38,231 nt of DNA from NCBI GenBank assembly GCA_038893995.1, contig JAWAQK010000020.1, positions 1 to 38,231 on the forward strand. The letters are read 5' to 3'. The notes beneath the pieces are model-generated. The model searched no databases. It was given only the letters and a program-made list of their open reading frames with translations, and was not told the origin of the DNA. Shown here piece after piece: positions 29,624 to 37,951 of the stretch. The stretch's first letter is position 1. The number at the start of each line of letters is the position of its first letter. The stretch is from Candidatus Thorarchaeota archaeon. GTDB taxonomy: Archaea > Asgardarchaeota > Thorarchaeia > Thorarchaeales > Thorarchaeaceae. Position numbers and translations under genes: made by a program.

Positions 29624-30126
29624 GACTCTTCCTCCGTCTCGTCTGTCTCGGGCTCACACAGGTCTCTCCGCATGAGAATGATCTCCTCGCCCTCTCGGAT
29701 AGTACGCCCGTATTCCACATAGCCCCTTCTCTTGTAGAAATTGACCTGCTCCTCCACCGCGCCATAGACCTCAATCTCGATACAGGTCGCATTCTTCTGA
29801 CGCAGGGTTTCCTCAGCATAGTCCATCATCACCGTGCCAATGCGTCTGCCCCGGAAGCTGTTCCTTACCGCAAGACGTGCGATCACTCCGGTACGTCCCC
29901 TCAGCATGACTCGCATTGTGCCGACGACCTGATTTCCAACAATGGCAACGTATATGTGTCCCATCTGGACGTGCCTTGCGATCTTGTCGAGACCCTCCTG
30001 CAAGGCGCCGGGGAGTCGAGAGAGCTTCCTCCGGACAGGCTCGTAGGCCTCCTTGATTATCTCCTTGATCACATCAACCTCAGACAGCTCTGCACGACGT
30101 ATCAGGACCTCTGCGTAGTTGTAGAT
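29620..30126 (-). CDS. GNAT family N-acetyltransferase
   Basis: 'IARLAVRNSFRGRRIGT' (motif A) and 'NFYKRRGY'. Start uncertain (30126-30192). Confidence 0.88.
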   Translation of the reverse strand: MYNYAEVLIRRAELSEVDVIKEIIKEAYEPVRRKLSRLPGALQEGLDKIARHVQMGHIYVAIVGNQVVGTMRVMLRGRTGVIARLAVRNSFRGRRIGTVMMDYAEETLRQKNATCIEIEVYGAVEEQVNFYKRRGYVEYGRTIREGEEIILMRRDLCEPETDETEEES

Positions 30127-30303
30127 GGGGGTGACCTCCTCTGGACCAGTGTTGGTGACAACATTGCCTAGGAGAAACATAAACCATTTCATTGGTGAAG
30201 AAGTGTGTCAGATCAAGCTCAGGCATGAGGAATATCTCGTGCCGACCCTTTGGCAAAACACTTTATTAGAACCCGCTGCCTGAACGACCCCGAGGACTCT
30301 TCT

Positions 30304-30450
30304 ATGGCACGCAAGAAGAAAGAAGAAGTGATCGACTCACAGAAGATGTCAGAAAGAGACAAGAGAGAGGCAGCAGAAGGGGCCTGTGTGAACTGCGCTG
30401 TTGCCGTCCTGCTGATCGTGGTAGTCACAGTGCTATCGTTTGTGATCTAG
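30304..30450 (+). CDS. Small tail-anchored membrane peptide (48 aa)
   Basis: MARKKKEE... charged N-terminus, CVNC and a C-terminal hydrophobic helix. TATA-like CTTTATTA at about 30261. Confidence 0.55.
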   Translation: MARKKKEEVIDSQKMSERDKREAAEGACVNCAVAVLLIVVVTVLSFVI

Positions 30451-30644
30451 GCCAAACTCGGTGAGGAACGGTCGGGGTCTTCCGAACCCCCACAACACAC
30501 TCGAACAGCCATCACGGTAGGATGCGAAGGGGGTCTAGCCACAGTGCAACTCTATGAGGGACATGTAAAGACGCAGGACCCCCGCCAGACTGGCCTTCTG
30601 GGGGCCGCGTCCATCTCGTGAGGCTGGAGAACGACCAGACTCTA

Positions 30645-32030
30645 TCACTTATCCTTCTCTTCGTCTTCACCCAATCGCTTGACCTTTCCGAGTCGTCTGC
30701 TGCTGTCCACAACTAGCCTCTTGGAGTCTGGCGTAGACAGCTCATGGCCCTGCTTTCCCTTCTTGATACCCTCGACGGTCTCACTCGGGTACGGCTGACC
30801 AGCAGGTGGGACCTCTCGTGCCAGGTCCTTGTCGACATCCTCTGGATGCAGTGTCACACCCTCTGCCTTTGCACGTTCAATGACTCGTTCTGCCCTCTGG
30901 AACTTCAGGTAGTAGAAGGACGTCAGGATGGCAGTGATCGGAAATGCAATCAGCTTGGCAATGTCCCTGAAGAGGAATGTCTCGAAGCTGACTGTGGTCG
31001 AGTAGTCGAGGAACGTCCAGTGGGAGAGCAGTCCTGTAGTGGCAGAAACTGCGATCACAGAGTCGACATAGAAGAAGCCACTTGCCAGGAAGAATGTCAT
31101 CAGTGGACCCAGGTCACGTAGCCGGCGTCTCGATTCCTCAACAGACTCTGTCAGTGTTCGCCCGATGCCACTCATTGCGTAAGCCAGGAAGAACAAAGCG
31201 ATAGCAATGTCGACCGGTTCTATGCGTGGGGCGCCAGTCCGCCGCATGATGTTGAACAGGAAGTAACCTGAATACACAGAGACAAACAGCGTGAGTAGCG
31301 AGATATTGAGGGACGCACCCCGAGCAGCGTACCTGAAAAAGCTCAACAGGGATATGACTCCGAACAGGACAATCAGTCCCATTGCAACCACGAGCAGCGA
31401 GTAGTACTCGTTGAGATTGTTGATCGCACTTGGAAGAATTGAAGTCACCATATCTCCGAGACCGAATACGTTCTGAGGTATTAGTACGAGTGCAGCCAGG
31501 ACCAGGGCAGCAATTATCCCGAGTCCTACCAGAAGGATGAGAAAGCTCCCCAGTCCGATCATGATGCTCCCCTTCTTGGGTTCCGCAATTGTTGCCAGAC
31601 GCAGACTCGTGCGTGTCGACAGGTAGGCCTGAAAGGCGATCCAACCCACCCAACCGAACATTGAGAAGAACAGTAGTGGTCCCTGTCCCAGAGCGATGGA
31701 GAGATACACGGCTATCGCGAACGAGACGGCCATCCATGCGAGACCCTTCAGTTCTGTGACGCGGCCACGACCCCTGTGCGTGATCCAAAGATTGTCGAGG
31801 CCTACGGATGTAAGGACCACCCCGATTGCAAAGTAGATCGTGCCCGTCGCACCAGCATAGATGAAGAACTGGACCAACACTGGGCCATAGGTGGACGCAT
31901 ACATGGTCATGGCAGCAGACAGGAACAACGATAGTACAGTGGTTGCCACGAAGATGGTCAGATACGCCACATACCTCTTAGTCTTGAAGAAGACCTTGAG
32001 GCCACCAAAGAACATGTCGAGGATCAACAC
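30645..32030 (-). CDS. Multi-pass membrane protein of unknown function
   Basis: About 10-11 hydrophobic segments and a charged C-terminal tail. GGAGG SD upstream. Confidence 0.8.
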   Translation of the reverse strand: MLILDMFFGGLKVFFKTKRYVAYLTIFVATTVLSLFLSAAMTMYASTYGPVLVQFFIYAGATGTIYFAIGVVLTSVGLDNLWITHRGRGRVTELKGLAWMAVSFAIAVYLSIALGQGPLLFFSMFGWVGWIAFQAYLSTRTSLRLATIAEPKKGSIMIGLGSFLILLVGLGIIAALVLAALVLIPQNVFGLGDMVTSILPSAINNLNEYYSLLVVAMGLIVLFGVISLLSFFRYAARGASLNISLLTLFVSVYSGYFLFNIMRRTGAPRIEPVDIAIALFFLAYAMSGIGRTLTESVEESRRRLRDLGPLMTFFLASGFFYVDSVIAVSATTGLLSHWTFLDYSTTVSFETFLFRDIAKLIAFPITAILTSFYYLKFQRAERVIERAKAEGVTLHPEDVDKDLAREVPPAGQPYPSETVEGIKKGKQGHELSTPDSKRLVVDSSRRLGKVKRLGEDEEKDK

Positions 32031-32129
32031 GACTTCCTCCTGCTCTATGCGTCTGAAGGATTTGTTTTAAGCTTTGCACGTACTTGTGCTGAACATTGAT
32101 CGGCGTGCGGGTAGTAGCGGCGACTTATC

Positions 32130-32963
32130 CTAGGTCCGTGCCTCGACCCAGGCAACCATGTCATCTATCATCTGCTGACCACCAGCCTCCTCGAAGGGCT
32201 CATGATACAGACCCGGGTACGACCTGAACGTCTTGTCCTGAGAGGCGACCCTACGGAAAAAGTCCTCGTTTTGGACCGGATCCACAAGCATGTCATCACC
32301 TGATTGCTGTAACAGCAGTGGAGTCTTCAGCAGATGGGCAGACTCAAACGCCCTCTCACGTGCACCAAACCCCTCTGCTGCAAATCTGGCGGTGACATAG
32401 TCCCATCTCAGAGGGTCATTCTTGAGACGCTGAACGTATTCGGAGTTTCTGGAAACAAGGTCAAGTTCAATTCCATCGTAGAACTTCTTGCGAAGATTCA
32501 GTCTCGACAGGAGTCCTACAATCATCCGCGTAGGTCGTGATACCTTCAGCTTCTCAGACACTCCCGGGCACACTGCAACGAGCCCTGCGACTCGATCAGG
32601 ATGACGCATGCAGTACCTCACAGCATGTAGTCCACCAAGGGAGTGTCCCACAAGAAACACCTTGAGGCCTGGGTATCTCAGATTCAGGTCTGATATGAGC
32701 CGCTCCATGTCCTGGACATACTCGTCGAAACTGTTCACGTGTCCTTTCTCTCCGGAGAAATGGCCGAAGCCTCGCATATCTGGTGCGAACAGGACGAAAC
32801 CCCTCTTCGCAAAGGCCTCGCCGATCTTCTCCAGCGTGTCCGCATGACTACCAAGTCCGTGAATGGCAATCACTACAGCCCTAGGATGGTCATCAGGGTG
32901 CCAAGACACCATGTACATCCTAGTGCCATCGTACCCAGAGTATTCCTCTGCAGAACGCCGCAT
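32130..32963 (-). CDS. Alpha/beta hydrolase (lysophospholipase/monoacylglycerol lipase-like)
   Basis: 'IHGLGSH', 'DMRGFGH', nucleophile elbow GHSLGG, 'GDDMLV' and 'YPGLYHE'. Confidence 0.9.
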   Translation of the reverse strand: MRRSAEEYSGYDGTRMYMVSWHPDDHPRAVVIAIHGLGSHADTLEKIGEAFAKRGFVLFAPDMRGFGHFSGEKGHVNSFDEYVQDMERLISDLNLRYPGLKVFLVGHSLGGLHAVRYCMRHPDRVAGLVAVCPGVSEKLKVSRPTRMIVGLLSRLNLRKKFYDGIELDLVSRNSEYVQRLKNDPLRWDYVTARFAAEGFGARERAFESAHLLKTPLLLQQSGDDMLVDPVQNEDFFRRVASQDKTFRSYPGLYHEPFEEAGGQQMIDDMVAWVEART

Positions 32964-33670
32964 GAAGCATGAATGTACCCCGTTCAACTAATATGACTAT
33001 CGACCCATACTGTTGTCGATCATCCGAACGTCCTGTAGGACCAGTGTCTACCGTATCTAGGAGATAAGATTATAACCTCCTGTCAGGAACGTAGACACGT
33101 GGTCAGGTGAAGGACAGAGCCTAGTTTTTCGTAACATGCCCTCATTATCCATAACTCCCCCCTCCTACCACGAAGCTCTGTCCAGCCTGGCCACACCCAG
33201 ATGTCTTCGCTATCTGAACTAGATGATTGGCTCACTCTGTTAGGCTCGCATACATTATCAACAGCCAAGACCTACTCAGTGGCGATCTGCGCCGAAACTA
33301 TCACCAGTCCCTGCTGCGGAAGACAGGCCGCCCAAGTATCAGAGGCCCAATACCGACGAACATGGCTGCACCAGGAGCGGGGATGGCGTGGACTCCGACC
33401 AGTGTGATCCAACCGTGGTAGCAGTTGATGATACCATTGAGAGGTGTGAGGTCGGACTCATTGAGGGATGATGCGGATGCGAACATGAGCTCAGCAATGA
33501 TCCTACTTCCGACAGAGTGCACCCCATGTCCCTGAGCAGACCGGACGGATATCAACCATGAGACGCCGACTCATATGCTGGTGTTGCATAGGAGTGGTAT
33601 CGTAGACTCTGTCTGGTCGGAGATGAGGTACTGGGAGGAATGTGTCCTGCCAGAAGGCAGAGGGGACATT

Positions 33671-33692
33671 GGGCTGGGGATGGTCCCAGCCC
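33671..33692. terminator. GC hairpin downstream of the 33733 gene (possible terminator or processing stem)
   Basis: GGGCTGGG-gatggt-CCCAGCCC, an 8-bp stem about 40 nt past the stop codon. Confidence 0.25.
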
Positions 33693-33732
33693 CGTCTCTT
33701 GCGCCCTGTGAGATGACTGATAGATTGTCACG

Positions 33733-35838
33733 TCACCTATCAATGGTTGCACCGCAGTAGGAGCAGACAACGCTCCGTCCCGCCTTCAGCTCGTTGACCA
33801 GCTCGATCGGCAGGCAGGCACTGCACCTGGGGCACATCCACATGCACAGCCTCTGGCTGATCTCGTCAATGGCAGGTAGGACCATCGCCTCGTCCTCACC
33901 GGATACACGGACCTTGCAGCTTGCTCCCCTGACACCAGGACGCCCCGTCACGATGACCTCGACCCCGACATCCTTGCCAGTGTACTTTCCCCTTGCCCAT
34001 CCAGTGATCCTTGACTCGACATGCTGGCCCATGTCTCTGGTTGTGCTCTCTACGCCGAAGAAGTTGGCACTATTCAGCACCTGAATGGTCTTGGAGTGCA
34101 TCTCCTCAGGGGTCCAGTCGTTCACCTTCACCACCATCTCGCCATGATTCATGTCCTTCAATCGGGCCTCGAAATCCTCGGGGCCTATTACCTGTGGCAC
34201 GAGGAGGTCACAGACTGCACGGACGGTGAACCTCTCAGTGGTCTGCGACCGGGGATTGCCTGCAGAGTCGAGGTAGGACACACTCGCCACAATGTCGCCC
34301 TTGACGCAGTCCTGAGTGGGAAGGAAATCGAACGATGGGCTTCGGAAGCCTCCCGGTTCCAGCTTGGGGATGACCTTCGTCGTCTCGCCCTCTAGCTTCA
34401 GGCTCTCACGCGGGTATGAGATGATGCTCACAGTCACGTCAGTGACGACCAGCTTCGATTCATTGACCAACTTGACCTTGTACCTGAACCTATTTCCAAC
34501 GAATTCACCACCACGGAGTACCTTCAGTTGAGTCCCCGTCGTCGGTAGTGGGCCTTCAGGCATCCGGGACGCTGGGAACTCCTGGTAGGCGGACGGCAGT
34601 GCGTAGTAGATGCCCGTGAGCTTGTCTAACCTGCCAGGAACGTACCTCTGCAGTAACGCGATGACAACTGAGACGTCTACTGACAACGAATCTGCAAGAC
34701 TCTTGACATCGACACTCTTCCGTTCTCTGACCGTCCTGAGAAAGCCAGAGAACCATTCTCTACTCACGAGCACCTGCAGTTGCGGTATGAAGACAACATC
34801 GTCAAGGTTGACATACCTCATTATCCCTGGCCAACGGACATCCACGCCGTGTTCAGCCGAGAATGTATTGAGGTCGAGGATCCCCTTCTCATTCAGCACA
34901 GAAGATACGCTCTTCGCGATCCAAGTTCCTGTGACTATATTGCCCCTCGACGTGACAGCCTCAAATGGCAGTGACCAGATCATCTTCGAGATGAGGCCTC
35001 TGCTGACATCCCACCCAGAGAAGACGTCCTCAATTCTCACGATTCCCCTTTCCTCGAGCAATGACTGTAGACGTCGACTGAGCGCTTCTGAAGTCGTCAC
35101 ACGTGTTCCATCAGAGGAAATCACGAATGAAGAATACCGCTTCAGATATCGGAGAACGGTGTCCTTGGGCATGCCTGCTGCTGAGCAGATCTCTTCAACG
35201 GAGACTGCCTGCTGGTCACGAGTCCTTGAGTTCACAATTGACTCTAACGGGCGCGCGGCCCACATACGACGGAGGCTCACAGCGGACAACAGGGCGATCA
35301 GGGCCAGAGACACCACGATCATCAGTAGGCTCACTGTGTGGACCAATGAGACATAGGTAACAGCGACCAAGGACGAGGACGAATTGCCATCGATGTCCCA
35401 CACGACCAGCTTGTACCAGTAGGTACCCTCGGTCAGCCGTAGCAACCGGACAGAGATCTCACCATTCCCCAAAGGGCCCGCCCCCACGAGCATGACATCG
35501 TTCAAGTAGACTCGAAAATGAGAGGGATTCTCGTCGTACACAACCCAGGTGAGTCGAGCGTTCTGAGAGAGCTCCACGAAGACTGTCATGTTTGGAGCTG
35601 GATCTATCCTTGGCGGAGTCAAGTCATCAGAGATCTCAAAGACGCCACCGGTCGAGACGCGACCGTGACACGGTACTATCGAACAGCTCGAACGGGTTAA
35701 GACTTCGGGATACGTGTTCCGAATGGTCACCGAAGGCAGACCGCTGCAAACCCCCTGTTCAGCGGCGGTGAACAAGAAGAATGTGCTAGCATAGCACACA
35801 ATGATCACAAATAGTAGGCCGAAGATACTGCGCCTCAT
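33733..35838 (-). CDS. Membrane protein: signal/TM, Ig-like domain, TM, tandem winged-helix-like region, appendage-like beta-sandwich plus platform, zinc ribbon
   Basis: TM 'SIFGLLFVIIVCY', Ig-like 'LTWVVYDENP..GTYWYKLVVWD..GN', second TM, wHTH-like repeats, 'YKVKLVNES...LEPG...VSYLD' and CPRC/CSYC. Confidence 0.75.
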   Translation of the reverse strand: MRRSIFGLLFVIIVCYASTFFLFTAAEQGVCSGLPSVTIRNTYPEVLTRSSCSIVPCHGRVSTGGVFEISDDLTPPRIDPAPNMTVFVELSQNARLTWVVYDENPSHFRVYLNDVMLVGAGPLGNGEISVRLLRLTEGTYWYKLVVWDIDGNSSSSLVAVTYVSLVHTVSLLMIVVSLALIALLSAVSLRRMWAARPLESIVNSRTRDQQAVSVEEICSAAGMPKDTVLRYLKRYSSFVISSDGTRVTTSEALSRRLQSLLEERGIVRIEDVFSGWDVSRGLISKMIWSLPFEAVTSRGNIVTGTWIAKSVSSVLNEKGILDLNTFSAEHGVDVRWPGIMRYVNLDDVVFIPQLQVLVSREWFSGFLRTVRERKSVDVKSLADSLSVDVSVVIALLQRYVPGRLDKLTGIYYALPSAYQEFPASRMPEGPLPTTGTQLKVLRGGEFVGNRFRYKVKLVNESKLVVTDVTVSIISYPRESLKLEGETTKVIPKLEPGGFRSPSFDFLPTQDCVKGDIVASVSYLDSAGNPRSQTTERFTVRAVCDLLVPQVIGPEDFEARLKDMNHGEMVVKVNDWTPEEMHSKTIQVLNSANFFGVESTTRDMGQHVESRITGWARGKYTGKDVGVEVIVTGRPGVRGASCKVRVSGEDEAMVLPAIDEISQRLCMWMCPRCSACLPIELVNELKAGRSVVCSYCGATIDR

Positions 35839-36142
35839 CTGATACACCCGCGAATGACCTTCCCGAGAAACAAGATTAGGGTTTCTGTGCTCAGCGCGGT
35901 GTCGTACACGTAATTGTGATGGTCTCTGTGCAGTATGGGCTGCACATGACAGACCCGTCAGTCCTGCCTGAGGCGCTGAGCCTGATGCATGTGTCCATCC
36001 CATTCTGTTTCCCCAGAGCAGGCTCAGCCTCACCGGTCCACGATCGCAATTGAATCACAGACACCTCAGAAATTCCAGCGTGCCAGAGAGATCGTCGTTC
36101 ACACATAGTCTTATGAGATAATACACAATAATATGAACGGGG

Positions 36143-36988
36143 ATGGGCATGTTCACACTGTCAAACCTCGTAAACACGGTCTTGGGGGTCCTTCTGTCAA
36201 GAGGCGCAGGCCGGCTTGAGTCCGCAGGGGACCTTGCGGTGTTCCGAGTTGGGAGGCATACTCTAACGGTCCCCGCCCGAATGCTCGAGAAACGCGTCCT
36301 AGACCTCGTCGCGGGTCAGTGCGAACTGCGAGTACAGAGAATGAGAACATGGCAGATCTTGAGACTCGTTGACAAGATACTCGACGACTACATGTGTCCT
36401 GAGCTCCAGGGTATTGACGAGGATATTCGTAGAATACGGAAGAGTCTTGCTCGGCCTCTTCACTCACCCTTCCGTAGTGATCCTCCGGGGCGGGTACACA
36501 TCAGATTCCTCATAGAGGGGCAGAAGTACGTCCTCGTCAGCGAAGCACCCGCGAATACAGAAGTACTTCATGAGAAACCCATGTTCGCACAACTGCAGAG
36601 AAGATGGACACTGTCATCTCTCCTGCATAATTTCTCACTACTGAGGGAGGATAGATTCGGGTGGCAACGAGAGTTCGAGATAGATGCAATATCTGTGGCG
36701 GGAGACATTGCGTTCCTGTTCGAGATGAAGAATAGCAGATCCCCCGTTCCTGCCAGGATTCTGTCGATCCACTACAGAGCGGCCCAATGGATCGAGGCAT
36801 GGCATAGGAAGATGCACAGACAGATCAACAGTTTCTGTCCTATCGTCTACCTGAGGAAAGCCACGTCAGAGACATCGGAGGAGCTGAACTACATATTCTA
36901 CGACGACATGCCAGAGTTCTCCGACACTGAGATCGCAGAATTCAAAAGATACCCTGTGGGGCCTGATGTCGTTTCTCCGGCTGAATGA
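36143..36988 (+). CDS. Protein with C-terminal PD-(D/E)XK (NERD-like) nuclease domain
   Basis: 'LLHNFSL...EFEIDAISVAGDIAFLFEMKN' gives an ID...ExK catalytic pattern. AT-rich promoter-like stretch at 36110-36135. Confidence 0.65.
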   Translation: MGMFTLSNLVNTVLGVLLSRGAGRLESAGDLAVFRVGRHTLTVPARMLEKRVLDLVAGQCELRVQRMRTWQILRLVDKILDDYMCPELQGIDEDIRRIRKSLARPLHSPFRSDPPGRVHIRFLIEGQKYVLVSEAPANTEVLHEKPMFAQLQRRWTLSSLLHNFSLLREDRFGWQREFEIDAISVAGDIAFLFEMKNSRSPVPARILSIHYRAAQWIEAWHRKMHRQINSFCPIVYLRKATSETSEELNYIFYDDMPEFSDTEIAEFKRYPVGPDVVSPAE

Positions 36989-37254
36989 CCATCGCGGTCA
37001 GCACCGAATCAACGTTCGGACAAATTGCTAGTCGGTCAACTCCACGACCAGTCTCCTGAGACACGGCCGCCAGCAGATGGTCGAGCCGGTCACCCGGCGA
37101 TGGACCCACGGACTCCTGTGGTCCGTGGCGGACATAAAGGCAGATCCAATCAGACGTACTGATGCGGTCATTCGTAGGAAACGACAGGTCTGATACCATG
37201 GTCGATCTGGCCGTACATTCAGTGGACTGGTGAGGACATGTATCTCAAGACATG

Positions 37255-37836
37255 TCACACTCTCCGTGCTGCACGAGTGATAGACACGCTGTTGATCAGC
37301 TCCCTGTCTATCTCGTGACGCTCATCGCACACCTCTATTAGCTCGTCATGAGCCTTCGTCTTGCTCTGTCCCTGGTAGTCACAGTTCTTGTAGTATAGGA
37401 CTGTCACGACTCCTTCATGCTTGGCCGCCTCAACCGCGGGGACGAGGTCGCTGTCTCCTGATACCAGGATGACAGCATCAACCCACTTAGCACAGCTCAT
37501 CCGGACCAGATCGACTGATATGAGCACGTCAACTCGCTTCTGTTCGTACTCACCAGTCGACGGATTGCGTGCCAGCTTCCCCAGCCGCACCTCGAAACGA
37601 TCAAGTCTCTTCAGGGTGTGAATGAACCTGTCGTGATCGCCGAACCTCCGACTCTGCTCATCCGTAGGCGGATCGTCACGGTAAGGCATGCAGTCGTAGA
37701 AATAGGTCCTGAATCGTTCCCATCCCGAGCAGAGTCTGTCCGACAATAGTCCGTAGTCGATCCGCGGTTCACCAAAACAGTATTTCAGGACCTTCGAGAA
37801 GTAGCCATTGTCTATCAGTACCGCTGCCTTCCCCAC
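37255..37836 (-). CDS. NYN-domain (PIN-like, LabA/DUF88) ribonuclease
   Basis: 'AVLIDNGY', 'QKRVDVLISVDL', 'ILVSGDSDLVPAVEAAKHEG' and 'ELIEVCD'. GTG start at 37836. Confidence 0.9.
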   Translation of the reverse strand: MGKAAVLIDNGYFSKVLKYCFGEPRIDYGLLSDRLCSGWERFRTYFYDCMPYRDDPPTDEQSRRFGDHDRFIHTLKRLDRFEVRLGKLARNPSTGEYEQKRVDVLISVDLVRMSCAKWVDAVILVSGDSDLVPAVEAAKHEGVVTVLYYKNCDYQGQSKTKAHDELIEVCDERHEIDRELINSVSITRAARRV

Positions 37837-37951
37837 AATAGACCCACGACACCATATTTGACCACCGTCCCCCATTGGAACCCCTGGTCGTGTTCCCTGG
37901 TGAACCAGAGGGACTCCATGGAACGGTGGCGAGAATATTCGTGGTATTGTG
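37834..37951 (-). ncRNA. Long imperfect hairpin in the 5' leader of the NYN gene (candidate structured RNA)
   Basis: Nested complementary blocks: 37834-40/37945-51, 37844-49/37939-44, 37854-58/37934-38, 37862-68/37923-29 and 37884-88/37904-08. Confidence 0.5.

Noticed and set aside
34610-35356. Long antisense ORFs (e.g. 34610..35356, 25437..26123, 31138..31788)
   Set aside because: They are shadows or alternate frames of well-supported genes and carry no recognisable motifs.
35839-36033. 65-aa N-terminal extension of the 766-aa ORF
   Set aside because: The composition is non-protein-like. The signal/TM segment begins at the Met at 35838.
37057-37069. CTGAGACACGGCC resembling a conserved 16S rRNA segment
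   Set aside because: Only 13 nt match and the flanks show no rRNA similarity, so it is treated as chance.
37159-37192. Hammerhead-ribozyme-like CTGATG...GAAAC...GTC
   Set aside because: The core reads CUGAUGC rather than CUGAUGA, and stems I and II cannot be formed properly.
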